A DNA stretch of 64,000 bases, taken from positions 36,518,001 to 36,582,000 of the forward strand of contig NC_043014.1 of NCBI RefSeq assembly GCF_006345805.1, written 5' to 3'. Below the pieces are notes generated by a model. It worked only from the letters and a program-made list of their open reading frames with translations. It ran no database searches and was not told the origin of the DNA. Made by a program: the position numbers and the translations under genes. The DNA comes from Octopus sinensis. Lineage: Eukaryota. The stretch's first letter is position 1. Every line of letters begins with the position of its first letter. Positions 1 through 12,479 of the stretch are shown here, in pieces.

Positions 1-295
1 CAAGAAAATACAAACGACAACACAAATCAATACAAAGTGTTCTATTTATTTTCTTTAGTATAAATTACTTTTATAAAAGTGAAGTGAATTTTTTTGCTTA
101 AATTTTTGTGTAGTGTGGCTTTTAACGTCCATTTTGAATATAATTATTTTAATAACAAGATTATTTGATAAAAATATTAAGTATTCTATCATGTTGTAGG
201 GCTGTTCAGAAAAGGCAAATGACAAAAATTCTAATATTTTAAGACACTTGCTTCCCAGCTATTGGCTGGGAAGCAAGCGTCTTACAGTGACTCCT

Positions 296-299
<4 letters not shown>

Positions 300-341
<42 letters not shown>

Positions 342-490
342 TGAGGCAGAAAGATTTCAATAAATAAATGCATAGATATGCATGCATATATGCTAATGTA
401 TAGATGTATCAACCAATATATCTATATATATAAATTTGTCTCTCTCTTTCTATATATGATATACATGTATGTATGTATGAATGTATGCAT

Positions 491-560
<70 letters not shown>

Positions 561-620
561 CATATATTTATATGTATATATGTGTGTGTGTGTGTATGTG
601 TAAGTCCGTGTGTGTGTCCG
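300..620. repeat. (GA)n, (TA)n and (TG)n microsatellites
   Basis: Direct reading. These account for the YIYI/CVCV ORFs. Confidence 0.95.
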
Positions 621-922
621 TAATAAATACTTATGTATCAAGATATTTTTAACTGAGACGTTAGAACCATATTAATACTTGAAGAGTTAAATTGTGTGCA
701 TGTGCATATATTTACCACATTGATGATATCTATCACAGGTTTTTCATTGTGTTGATGAACTATTTTCTATGATTAATAAAACTGTCGGTATTTTGACGAC
801 ACAGGTATGTTAGTATAATAATAAATATCAAAAACTAACTGCAAAGTTTTATTTGTGGATAGATGTAATCCGTATTCACAACAACCGTTATTTTTATTGG
901 CTCTCTTTTTCCTACTTCTGTC

Positions 923-1032
923 ATTCTTCTTCTTCTTCTTTTTCTTCTTCTTCTTCTTCTTTTCTTCTTCTTCTTCTTCTTCTTCTTCTTCTTCTTCTTC
1001 TTCTTCTTCTTCTTTTCTTCTTCTTCTTCTAC

Positions 1033-1064
<32 letters not shown>

Positions 1065-1123
1065 CTTCTTCTTCTTCTTTTTTCTTTTCTTCTTCTTCTT
1101 CTTCTTCTTCTTCTTCTTCTTCC
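923..1123. repeat. (TTC)n microsatellite
   Basis: About 200 bp of TTC repeats, which explain the poly-E/K/F/S ORFs. Confidence 0.95.
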
Positions 1124-1186
1124 ATAGTTACATTTATATATTTTTTATGACATCTATCTCTGATCTATGATTTTTTTTCTATGCAG

Positions 1187-1523
1187 TTATTGAGATTGCA
1201 GATGTGTTTCCTTCAAGCAATATTGATTTTGCACACGCAACATTCTTAACTATAAAATGTCGGTATGATATAGAAAATCTTCTTATGTTTTTTCTCGTGC
1301 GAAATCACAGTGAAATTATTGTTGTTCGAATCAATTTTCAAAATTGAAGACACGAATTTTGAGGTAGTAACCAGTAGAAAGGGTTTTGACTGTACTATAC
1401 CTACATTACCTGTACGTAAGAAAGGTGTGATTACCTGCTCGAAACGTTATCCCTCTTGTGAGGATGCGACATACTACAAATGTTCAGCAAATAAAGAATC
1501 TTCAAAATCTAGAGTTGTAAGAG
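1187..1523 (+). pseudogene. Gene A, Ig-like domain 1 exon, with a 1-nt frameshift (pseudogenised allele or sequencing error)
   Basis: Acceptor ttttttttctatgcag|TT and donor AGA G|gtcagt. The first frame gives IEIADVFPSSNIDFAHATFLTIKCRYDIENLLMFFLVRNHSEIIVVRINFQN then TGA (1345-1347). The shifted frame gives EDTNFEVVTSRKGFDCTIPTLPVRKKGVITCSKRYPSCEDATYYKCSANKESSKSRVVR, with the Ig F-strand motif D-x-x-x-Y-x-C. Length is 337 nt (3n+1). It aligns end to end with the intact 324-nt paralog at 50539-50862. Confidence 0.8.
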
Positions 1524-1599
1524 GTCAGTTTACTCGTTCTATTTTTACTTCCGTTTCTTTTTTTGCACGTATTCAATTCCATTATCATTATTTTTATTT

Positions 1600-2010
1600 C
1601 TATTGTGTGTTTCTATTGCACTATCGAACACAAGTTTCATCCAGTCATGTCAATTGCCAAGGCCAGCCTGACTACCTCTCTCCATCACTCCCGATCTTCC
1701 ATTAGTGTTTTTAGGTCTTCAACTTGGCATCCAACATCTTCTGCAAGCTGTTGTATATATGTCTTCCGTGGTCTTCCAGTCGCTGTAGTACCGTGATTTC
1801 GTGCCCACAACAACTCGTTACTCACAAGTTCTTCTTTACTTCTCCAGCAATGGTCAGCAAAACCCAATGTCCGCTCTTAGATGATTGATGAGAAAGTTGA
1901 TACATTCCCATATAACCTTTGTTTAGTTGGGTGCTCCCTCCATTAAATGTTGGGCACTGCACGTAACATTCTGGTGTAGGTACCGTCCAGCATGCACTTA
2001 AGTCCCTCTC
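1600..2010 (-). mobile_element. RTE/RTEX-like LINE 3' fragment
   Basis: HCWRSKEELVSNELLW...GRPRKTYIQQLAEDVGC..EDL..LMEDRE is a typical LINE ORF2 C-terminus. Confidence 0.7.
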
Positions 2011-2568
2011 TTTCTTTTCTCTCTTTTACTTATTTCAGTCATTTGACAGCGGCCATGCTGGAGCACCGCCTTTAGTCGAGCAAATCAACACCGGGACTTA
2101 TTCTTTGTAAGCCCAGTACTTATTCTATTGGTCTCTTTTGTCGGACCGCCAAGTGCATGTCTGTATATGCATGCATGAATGTATGTAAATATGTTTGCGT
2201 ATGTGAATATATCTGTATCTATATATGTGTCCACATATTCATACATGCGCACACACACACATACATACACGCACACACGCAAATATATAATTGCACACAA
2301 ATACATGCTTATGTGTAAGTAAATATACACGTGTATGAATGTGTCATTCATTTGTTGTGGAGTTACTGCTAGTGACTTGGCCCCACACAGCCTTAGCACT
2401 GCTTACACAGTTAACCACTTCCAAGCAACAGTTCCCAAAGTCCAGGATTAACAATAATTGGAGTGTTGTCAAATGTTTTAGTTTAGTATGAAGATTGTAG
2501 TTTACATTAGTGAAACTACTCTTTGATTGTGAGGCCCTTTGTTCGAAGATAAGCATATTTCGATTCTC

Positions 2569-2806
2569 TTTACTCTTTTTACTCTTTTACTTGTTTCAGT
2601 CATTTGACTGCGGCCATGCTGGAGCACCGCATTTAGTCGAGCAAATCGACCCCGGGACTTATTCTTTTTAAGCCCAGTACATATTTTATCGGTCTCTTTT
2701 GCCGAACCGCTAAGTGACGGGGACGTAAATAAAACAGCATCGGTTGTCAAGCAATGCTAGGGGGACAAACCAACAACACACAACACACACACACACACAC
2801 ACACAC

Positions 2807-2853
<47 letters not shown>

Positions 2854-3009
2854 GACAGGCTTCTTTCAGTTTCCGTCTACCAAATCCACTCACAAGGCAT
2901 TAGTCGGCCCGGGGCTATAGCAGAAGACACTTGCCCAAGATGCCACGCAGTGGGACTGAACCCCGAACCATGTGGTTGGTTAGCAAGCTACTTACTACAC
3001 AGCCACTCC
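2569..3009 (-). mobile_element. tRNA-derived octopus-type SINE (other copies about 31830-32268 -, 43150-43545 -, 49900-50272 -, 51490-51815 +)
   Basis: Head GGAGTGGCTGTGT-GTAAGTAGC...GGTTCAGTCCCAC (A/B boxes), internal (CA)/(TA) tract and AAGAGTA tail. Repeated several times in the window. Confidence 0.85.
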
Positions 3010-3043
3010 CTGGCCTATTCGTTTTTGTTTTTTTTCTTTTCAG

Positions 3044-3349
3044 TGAGATCTTTCATTAAGAAACTTGAATTTCTTAACCCGCCCGCTGAAGTAAACAAGC
3101 TAGCGATCTTCAGATGTTCAGCATACATCGGTGCACCTTTTGGCGCTACTGACTTTTTATGGAGTCATGAGACAAAACACCACAATTGGATAAATGTGAA
3201 TGAAGTGCATGTTCGACCTCATGGAAAGTGTTTATCTCCAGCAGTGTCACTTAAGAAATTCGTTATAAGAGAGGGGGACATTGGTAACTCAAGCGTCTCA
3301 TGTTCTGTATACAGTGAATCACGCACTCTACAGCTCACCAGCAAAACAG
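3044..3349 (+). CDS. Gene A, Ig-like domain 2 exon
   Basis: Acceptor tttttttcttttcag|TG and donor ACA G|gtaaac. 306 nt, phase 1-1, open: RSFIKKLEFLNPPAEVNKLAIFRCSAYIGAPFGATDFLW...KCLSP...DIGNSSVSCSVY. Cys-Trp-Cys spacing is Ig-like. A paralogous exon of identical length lies at 48373-48678. Confidence 0.85.
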
Positions 3350-3989
3350 GTAAACAAATTTTCTTTGTGTTATCTCCTTAACGCCTTTATATATTCTTGT
3401 TCATTAATATCTCCTGAAACAATATTTCTGGTTAAGTTACACCTTCCAGTAAATTTGTACATCCACTCACGGTTATATTGACAATTATATTATCCTTGAC
3501 AGGTATATCATTACGATTAACCAAATTTATATATTGCTTTTTTAAGATTCTGGAGACATTTAGTTGATATAAGAAGCTGCATTCTTTAAATGCACTCTAT
3601 ATGACATGGTTTGCATAAATTCTTCCTTATGGCGGAAATTGTAGTGAAAAGGTCCGTAGAGCACGGAAAGTGGACATTCTCTTTATAAATACATGCATAC
3701 ACATGCACGAACGCACGTACACACGAATGCACACAGGGACGCACGCACACGCACACACACATGCACACACGCACGCACACACTATACACACAGTAGTAGA
3801 GGAATGGTACACCCCTTACCACGTGGCAAAGTGGTATGACTCAGCCACTATGAAGTCAGCAATCATTTGTTGTTTGGTCAGTCAGTAGTAGCAGAGTTGT
3901 TATTTCATTTGCAGGCTGGTTAACATCTTGAAATTTTCTGTGATTTGAATTGGTTGACTGTTTTGTGTCCAACGGCACATCGTTTTGCT

Positions 3990-5090
3990 GCCTCAGGCGG
4001 CTTTGTTGACGCTTTCCTCCTTGTTTGAAAGGGGAGGCGCGGTAATGGAGACGAGAACTGAAAAGGTTAGCTCCTCAGACTTGTCGTCCGAGGAGGAACT
4101 TGTTAAAAGTTTGAAAAAGATTGACGAGGCAATGGAGTCCAAGAACTCCAGGCGGTGAAAGAGAAAAGTGAGGACGTATGCTTGCAAGAATTGAATCAAT
4201 TCAAGGAAATCTTTGAAATTGAGGGGAACGAGATGTAAAGGTGTCCATTTCCAGTGAGATAACGGAAGGAGTTAAAGAAGAACCGTAGTGTGCAGAACTT
4301 ACAGTTTGTAATTACAGCGAACAGAGGTCGCAACCACAACACAGGTTGAAATGGCAGAGAGGATTTAAGGAAGTGAATATGGAAGGAAGTGAATTACCTT
4401 GCTAGAAGCAGAAGATAGACAACGGGAGAGGTGCGTTTTACGTCGAAATTTTGGGCCAGGTAGCATGGCATGACTCCCTTCAAAACGGGTGAAGTGGTCT
4501 TTCTAACCATTTACCTGGGAAGGCGTGCTTCTGGGGTAAGGGTAGAAGAGATCTCTCCTTAGGTGGGTGTAGCCTGGTTGGTGGCCGCCATCCCGTTGGA
4601 AATAACAGATAAATTTGTGAGCTTCCAGGCCAAAAGTGTACCACAAAGAAATTGGCACTGGAAATGATAATCCAGGCCGCCGTGGGAGATTCAGAGAAGA
4701 TGGTAGAAACCATCACATTTGGAGAGGATGTAAAGCTGAGAGTCTTAGTGGAGAGCAGGATTCACTGTTGCTTTAAATGCTGTCAAACAGGCACATAAAA
4801 CAGGATACACTCCACCTGCCGCAAAGGAACCAACGAAGGAAAGCGCACCTCCACCGCTTGCGATGTCATGTGTGAGCAAAAAAGAACTGGAGAAGGAGGA
4901 AGATAATCAGGTGGCAGAAGAGAAACATGGATGGAATACGGCACCAAAGAAACGGAAGAGAGGGAAAAGAAGAAATCAAGGCGAAAATGTGAATTCCTAC
5001 CCTACTCCCACCCTGCTCAACGCTGTCCCACCATCCCCCTGCAGTCACCAACAGCAAGTCAAAGAACATGAACGACTATTTATTTAGTGC
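3990..5090 (+). mobile_element. Tx1/L1-like ORF1 relic
   Basis: Broken frames containing a zinc-knuckle remnant (CFKCCQTGH). Similar to the ORF1 relic at 7869-8144. Confidence 0.55.
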
Positions 5091-5169
5091 CCACAGGGTC
5101 CAAACATAGAGGGGACGATACAAATGAGGGAGGAGTGGATAAAACGAATGATTTTAGAATAGATGAATA

Positions 5170-6940
5170 GTTAAAAATTTACGTTAAGAATTTTTATAAA
5201 TAGGATGATACCAAACAATAACCATACAATGAAGTGGGGGACGGGCTTCGCTTCGACCCCGCAAACCCATGCCACCATTGTAACCTTTTTGTATAATCTT
5301 ATGGATATACTATGCGGATTCTTCATTCTCAACAAACTCGCTACAGCTTTCCATCGTTTTCCGTATAAATCAGGTGACAGGCATTTTATCTCCACCCTTA
5401 TTTTTCTCTTAAGATGGTAGATGAGGAAATTAACCAGTCCAAGGCTGGAGATGAAGATGCCTCTCACGATTCTTTTCACGTGGGTCTTCCGTACTACTTC
5501 TTTCGGTATAGCGACCACAATGAGAAAACGAGCCATGCTGTCTTTGTTAAAAGAGGAAGCAGGAACAATCTATACAATCGACTCGAAAGACAGTCGTACT
5601 CTTCCCAGCCGCGTCAGCGGGTGTTCAAGGTAAACCCACATTTCGGAAATTTTGGGTCATTGTACAATCGCGTGCGGAACAGTTTCCCTGTCCTGCTCGC
5701 ATCATGGGCGCGCGGGTGCGCAAGGTTCACCATGCTTTACGAGTTTATCGCGAAATGGTAAGGCTCCTCAGTAACACTGCCAGGTGGGGAATCTTTGGAA
5801 GTTATCCAAGGGTCTTGGCCCAAGTGTCCTTCGAACAGGCAGGCTAGTTGACCTCATCGAAGCCTAGAGTCTTCCCCCCACATCGTCGTCACACTGAACC
5901 TCAACCAACCCTCTATAAAAATACGAAGTGGAACCCCCTCCGCTGGCGTTGCCCACGTGACAGAGAAGCTTGAGTGCCTCACAACACTTCGCTTGCCAAG
6001 CACTCAACTTTCGTCTACACTTGACCCAATGTCCTAGTTCACTCAAATTAGTAAGCTTAGGAAATAACAACCGACCGGACGGAGACCACACCTGTTCACT
6101 ATCCAGGTAGAGACACAGATACCTCAGCATCAGCGCACGTCTGCGCATCAACAGCCAAGACATCCCTTGCCCACCATTTAGTGGGTCCTGGCAGCAGACA
6201 GAGCGCTTTACAAGAGGACTTCTACTCCACAAAAAAACGGAAGAGCAGCCCCTCTAAATTGATCAGCCACGAACGGGGGCAAGGCACGACGGTTAGGCGG
6301 TAGGTAATCACAGAAGCGATAAACACAACTGCGACTTCTGCCCTTCCTTTCAGGGAGAGCCGCCACTGAGACCAGGTCTGAGTTAGCTGGATCACCCTGC
6401 TCGTCACCTCGCTCCAATACTTTATCTGGAGATCTGGACAAAACTAAACCCCTAGCATTTTAACCAGCCCCTCCGTCCAACGCCCTACGACGTTGTTGGA
6501 AGGTATCGTCTTGCCTTGCCCGGTGCCGAGTTGCAAGCCGACTGACTTATTCCAGTTAACTTTTGCTCCTGCGTCATAGCCTTTAATGGCTTTGCCTACC
6601 CTCTGTAGGTGTACCATTTCGGACACTACGATGGTGATGTCATTCGCATACGCCGAAACCTTCCCACTGCAACCTAGATCTCGTGGGACGCACTTTAATC
6701 TCTCCAACTTCCGCAGCAAGAACTCTAGAGCCAATACATACAGAAGTGGGGAGAGAGGACACCTTTGTTGAACAGAGTGCTTGATGTTGAACGGCTTCAA
6801 GAAGAACCCGTTCGCCCGAACGATCGAGTCAATGTTACTGTATAAAGCAATGATCCACCCTCTACAGACGGGGCCGAACCCGAATGCTGTAAGGACCAAC
6901 ACCGGATACCGATGTTCAACCTTGTCAAAAGCTTTGATGA
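5170..6940 (-). mobile_element. Tx1/L1-clade LINE ORF2 (RT and C-terminus), 5'-truncated and decayed
   Basis: KAFDKVEH..., Q.CPLSPLLYVLALE, SAYANDITIV (YADD variant). Confidence 0.85.
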
Positions 6941-7199
6941 ATTTTAATTGACAGGAAAAACTATTAAAAATTAAAAGCAAACATTTAATGGTACACCTGG
7001 GAACGAAGTAAACCCATTAGGGGTAGAAATAAGATACGATCCTGTGCCTCCTGTGTTGGATTTCGAAAAACTGAAACCGCTTTCAATTTGCTAAGATAAT
7101 TATTCGGATAAACGTTGGATTAAAACTAGTGTAAAATATAGTTAAAATGGTACTACACGGAAGTGAGGTCGAGTAGTAGCCATTACATCATTTTTATAT

Positions 7200-8150
7200 A
7201 ATTTCATTTCATTCATCCGTTTATGTTGTTTGTCCTACTTGTGCATTGTAGTCTGTCCTTGTTCGTCCCCTCTCTGTATGCCCTTGTAGGCAATAGAGAA
7301 ACAAGGTCAGTCAGTAGTAGAGAAAAATTTGGTGAGTTAAAGTTGTATCATTTGCTGGCGTTATATTGTTGTTTAATTGTTGTAGTGTTCCTTGAACACT
7401 TAAGTTTGTGCTGTCTTGCGGCAGTTTATTTGTGCTTTCCCTCCTCATAGAAGAAGGTAGACTGAATAAAAAGAAAAGATGTCAGAAGAGGAAGATATCA
7501 GCTACTCAGAGCTGTCCTCGTCGGAACAGTCGGAGCAATCGTCGTGGTCAGAGATTTCGTGGAGTACAATAGAGAAACTGAACGAAGAACGGATAACAGA
7601 GAACAAAAACTTCGCAGAAATCGCAAAGTGTAAGGAATATCAAATCGGATGGGAAAAATGGAGAAATTACATGACAATGATGAGTCACGAAGATAGACAT
7701 AATGACTACTTACAAAATAGAGAAGGCACTAAGGCCAATCTGACAAGAGATAACGTATCTTACTGGGGGCAAGTATGGAAATGTAGAGGTGAGATTTAAT
7801 GAGGCAGAAAAGGCAAAGGAGAACGCGGCAACCATTATAAAGAGTGATGAAGAGATACTATTATATATATGTACAATAGAAGGCGTGCTTTAAAAGTTAG
7901 CGTAGCGGGAATCCCACCAGAAGTTGACGTGGTCTGGATAGCAGCCACTGTCCTACATGGAAATGAAAAAGAGATAGCGGTTCTCCAGGCCACAACGACG
8001 GAAAGTAGGCATTGCGAAGGCCAAACCTTAAACACGGTTATTCAAGCGCCAAAGAAAACTATTGAGAAAATGCCAGAAACGATAACGATAGATGATGTAA
8101 TAATGGCCCGATTTCAATCAAATTTTCAACATAGTAAAGTGTAAGCGGAT
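7200..8150 (+). mobile_element. 5' portion (UTR and ORF1) of a Tx1-like LINE
   Basis: ORFs 7479-7799 and 7869-8144 (VAGIPPEVDVVWIAA) resemble the relic near 4500-4720. Confidence 0.45.
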
Positions 8151-9740
8151 TTGTAATTTAAGCGTGGAAATGGGTTCAAAGTTTGAAAATTAAGGCAATA
8201 TTTCTGAAGTTGAAAAAAATTTCTCATTTCTACGTATTTTTGCTTTTTACTTTTTATTGTTTACAGTTTAGAGCTTTCATTTGCATGGTCAATCGTCGAA
8301 AACTTCACAAAATAAGTACTAAATTTAACAAAGAAATCCATTTTTTCCTTATTTTTAATCACTCAAATAGTGACACGTACAAAAGGCATGTGTGGTTTCC
8401 GTTTTCACTGCCTGATATTTATGATTAATCTTTCAAAATATTTCCTTTCTCAACTTACTCAAGATCTTTTGTTTTTTATAAATGGGAGAGAGATAGATAA
8501 AGAAAGATATAGAGTGAGAGAAAGCGAGGGAGAGTCCGAGAGAAAGGAAGAGTAAGATAGTGGGAAAGTGAGAGAGAAAAGAGAGAGAAACAAAGAGGGA
8601 GAATGTGGTGATAAGAAACAGAAAGGAAGCAACAGAAAGTAATAACCACACCTCACCCACGCATAGAGCGGGTCACCTAAGCTAGCTAGTAACATATATT
8701 TTTGCGATTTTTTACTTTGTTTCGTTGTTCTATGTCCCCACAAGGAGACATAGAACAAACGAAACAAATTAAAGACATCTTCGTTGGAGCAGAATACAGC
8801 TGAGTTTAGACAGCAAGAAAAAAGAGAACTACATGTCTGCATCCTGAAGGAATTTCTATGCGTTAAATAGCAGCTAAATCTCCCTGATGCCTATTCTATC
8901 GTCCTAGTAAAAGAAAGTTTCATTCGACTATGAAGACTTAGCTATAAAAATAAAAAGTCAAAAACACTAACATAATCTCTCTAATTATATCTTTTCATTT
9001 AAAAAGTATGAATAACTCTCGTTAATATAATTCAAACCATGTCTAAAGTAAAAGACAGGGTGGTTACGGAGGGAAAATCTTCGATCATAGGTCAAAGTTA
9101 TCAGGAATGATCTTAAGATCAGCAACAGATTTCGACTGGTTCCAGCAATTTGTCATAAAGAGAATACTTCACGAGAATGCTTCAGTTTGTCTGAATGACA
9201 TACAATAGGTACTAGTTCATATTTCAGAGATGAGCAGCTTCCAGTAGAAAAATACAGAGCGTGGCAAGTCAACATAGAAATAAACAAGAACATATACTAT
9301 AAAGAAAAAATTTCAATACCGGTATAAAAGATTTATATTAAACAAAAGGAGAAAAAATTGATCCTACTTTTCGATTGTAGCTCTGGTTAAATATATATAT
9401 ATATAGTTAATCCAAACATGAAAACACAAAGAGAAAACACAACAACGCGAGGACGTGGAACATGTATAGTATTATTGGACGCTCAGGAAGGAATGGAAGA
9501 AGGAGGGTTTAACAACTCGAGCGAAGCTCTTCGTTAGAAACATAGAAGGAAAGATCCAGAGAAGGAAAGACGGAGGGAAAACATCGCTAACGGCACACAC
9601 GCGGTCACAGTTTGAATGATAAACATTTTGATTTCATTTCCAATTTGGAAAACAAAACTGCATTGAAAACTAAGATAAAAACTTAAATATTATGTTTCTA
9701 TATATTATTTTGTTTATAATTTTAAAATTTTTATTTCTAG

Positions 9741-9773
9741 GTACTGAGCAGAAAGCAATCAGAGACAATGCAG
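9741..9773 (+). CDS. Gene A, linker micro-exon (G)TEQKAIRDNA
   Basis: aatttttatttctag|GT...GCA G|gtatct. 33 nt, phase 1-1. The exon and both intron flanks align with the paralog at 43858-43896 (-). Confidence 0.7.
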
Positions 9774-10039
9774 GTATCTTTTATCTTCTAACTTTTGCTT
9801 CTTTCAGTTACTGGATGGTGGCCATGCTGGGCTATTTTCTAATAGTCTTTGTCATACTTATTCCCGAACTGATACGTTTTGGGCACGTAAACAAACCAAC
9901 ACTGGTTTTCCAGTGATGGTGGGGAACAAACACTAATGTACACATCTATACATACATACATGCACACGCTACACACACTCACACACACATACATACACAC
10001 AGATACCGCGCGCACACAAATATATACACGACATTCTTG

Positions 10040-10790
10040 GGTCAAGCATAGACCTATGCAGGGTACCTGACACCTAGTGTGACATCAGGCGCTCACACCT
10101 CTGTCAGCAGGGTATTGGTCCTAGTGGACGTTGCACCGAGATCATCTACTCCCAATTGGTGGTGAGTAAAAGTGACAACATCCTCTAGGAATCTCTGAGT
10201 GTCAAGGAAGGCCAACTGCCCAGTCGTTTTCGAAGACGTTTTGCGCCGGGTTCCATTGATAATTTACAAAAATCCCTTGCCTGGCAGTGCTACAGAATAA
10301 CTGGCCGATTCATAATAAAGTGTACCGGCATGATATTCCCCTCAGCTTCTCTTGCCCTTGATGCACATTGCATGATGAAGATTTTCTACACGTATTAGTA
10401 TAGTGCTTGAGCATCGTTGATTTCTGGAGTTATGTCTACCAGCTGCAATCACTTCTCGGACGGATCTGGTTATAGGTCGACTCCAAAGTGAAGATTGCTT
10501 CCTTGCATTCCTTTGATTTTGAAGGGTAGGCAGATTTCCTCTGTTAGATGCTTATGGTGAAAGATGATGCGATTAATGAGAACGAGACCAAACCTTCATT
10601 GACTTTTCACGTTTAAAAGGAAAGTGAGCGTGGAGAGCAAGGTCCTTTCTCCCAGTAAAGCTGTTACACTGTGCATGAATATAACAAGAATGGCTCGAGT
10701 GAATTGTCGTAACCTAAGCGTGCCCATGTAGTTACAGCAGTACGGAGGTGAGAGAAACACAACAGTATTCCTGGTGAACAGGGTGACTCA
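10040..10790 (-). mobile_element. Penelope-like RT relic, with an orthologous copy in gene C's last intron (about 39840-40330)
   Basis: LAFLDT-type motif on the minus strand. Shared segments ctgagtcaccctg-tcaccag and cactgccaggc--ggatttt. Confidence 0.5.
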
Positions 10791-11183
10791 GGATTACTTG
10801 GTTACTGTGAGGTTACTTGGTTACTGTGAGGTTACTTGGGTAGCGTTTCCCTTTTATTTGGGAATTTTGTTGTTTTGATTTTCTTCTGAATATTTATTGT
10901 TTACATGTGTTTATGTAAATCTCCAATATCCTTGATAACTGTTTCTGAGGCTGCGAGCTGGTAGATTCATGAGCACGCCGTAAAAAATGCTTGGCCGCAT
11001 TTTGTCCGGCTTTCTGATTTAAAATGCCACCGAAGTTGACTTTACTTTTCATTCTTTCAGAGTCAATGAATTAGGCACCAATTGAATACTGGAGTTGATG
11101 TAATCGATGTCCACCTTCACCAAAGTTTTTGGTCTTGTACCAAAATTAAAATGAAATGTGCTTTTTTTTACTTTCAATTACAG

Positions 11184-11263
11184 ATAAATTATCTGATGCA
11201 AATATTATTACTAAGATTTTGAAATTTGCAGCAACACTGCTTGTTATTGGCCATTTTCATTAA
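11184..11263 (+). CDS. Gene A, last coding exon: GPI-signal-like tail (D)KLSDANIITKILKFAATLLVIGHFH*
   Basis: Acceptor tttttttactttcaattacag|AT, phase 1. 80 nt to TAA, the same length as the homologous exon at 39420-39499 (-). Small residues (SDA) are followed by a hydrophobic C-terminus with no cytoplasmic tail. Confidence 0.72.
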
Positions 11264-12479
11264 GGATTTCGGAAAACAAGCCCCAGCAGAATCAAAAAGT
11301 GGTTAGTATTGTATTTTTCATTTTCGTTCCTTTGATTTTGTCATTCTTCTATATAATATATTTCTTTACTACCCACAGAGGGGTATGTATGTATGTATGT
11401 AAACACAGAGGGGACAAAAAAGACAGATAAAGTCGATTACATCGACCCCAGTGCGTAACTGGTACTTAATTTATCGACCCCGAAATGATGAAAGGCAAAG
11501 TCGACATCGGCGGAATTTGAACTCAGAACGTAACGGCAGACGAAATACGGCTACGCATTTCGCCCCGCATGCTAACGTTTCTACCAGCTCGCCGCCGTTC
11601 TTCTATATAATATTATTGATTAAGTTTGCGATTATGTCGCAGTGGAAATGGTACACCCCTCCCACGGGACAAATGGTATGATTCAGCCACTATAAAGTGC
11701 GACAACGTCAACCAGTACGGGTAGTCGTCTATCAGTCGTTGTAGAATAGTTGCACGAGTTCTCTGTTGGAGTTAAGTGTCAGTTAAGGGTTATAGTCGAG
11801 TTCGACTCAACAGTGATGGTAAGCGGTTCAAAGACGCTGTTTTGCAGAGCTATCAGCAATAGCACGATAGACGAAGCGATGTATTACTACTCGGGTATAG
11901 AAGAGATAAACTGTATCCGATACCAGAAAAATGTCCACTATAGTAGATACAACAGCTACAGTCACAAGAGGCACCACACATTATAGATATGGAAAACACC
12001 ACATCATAACAGCTTACTGCATTGGTTTTATTCTAAACTCATCGTTATGCTCATTCTTCTTTAATATTCAGATAAACATTCATCGAGCAAAAGCATTCGA
12101 TTACTGAACATCCCATGTTTTCACGGACGTAGATAATCTTGTTTACTTGTTTCAGTCATTGGACTGCGACCACGCTTGGCTACCAGCTTAAACTGTCGAA
12201 CAAAGAGGCCTCACTACCTATTTTTAGTTTGGTACTTATTCGATCATCACTTTTACCAAACCTCTAAATTATGGATCCGTATTCAAGCAACACCAGTCGT
12301 GAAGCGCTGGCTGAAGTTAAATATATATATACATACATACATACATACATACATACATACATACATACATACATACATACATACGTACATACATACGTAC
12401 ATACATACTTACATACATAGGTACATACATACGTGCAAAAGGAAGAACGCTTCAGTTATGATTACAAAATCGCGGTAAA

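Larger units (their letters stand above)
2155..4031 (+). repeat. Direct segmental duplication, copy 1 (partner 31430-33293)
   Basis: Continuous near-identity across the intron, SINE, domain-2 exon and downstream intron. Confidence 0.9.

Noticed and set aside
739-804. Possible upstream (signal peptide) exon of gene A, bounded by cag| and |gtatgt
   Set aside because: The frame needed for a phase-1 junction contains several stops and I found no clear paralog near gene C. It could be a UTR exon but is unsupported.
378-1170. Long ORFs of YIYI, poly-E/K or poly-F/S type (also near 20-22, 27, 44, 51-54, 57-58 and 63 kb)
   Set aside because: They are stop-free translations of microsatellites, not proteins.
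9774-9916. Hydrophobic read-through of the micro-exon, as a TM segment
   Set aside because: The sequence is intron plus a decayed SINE. The donor at 9774 is conserved in the paralog while this reading frame is not evidently so.
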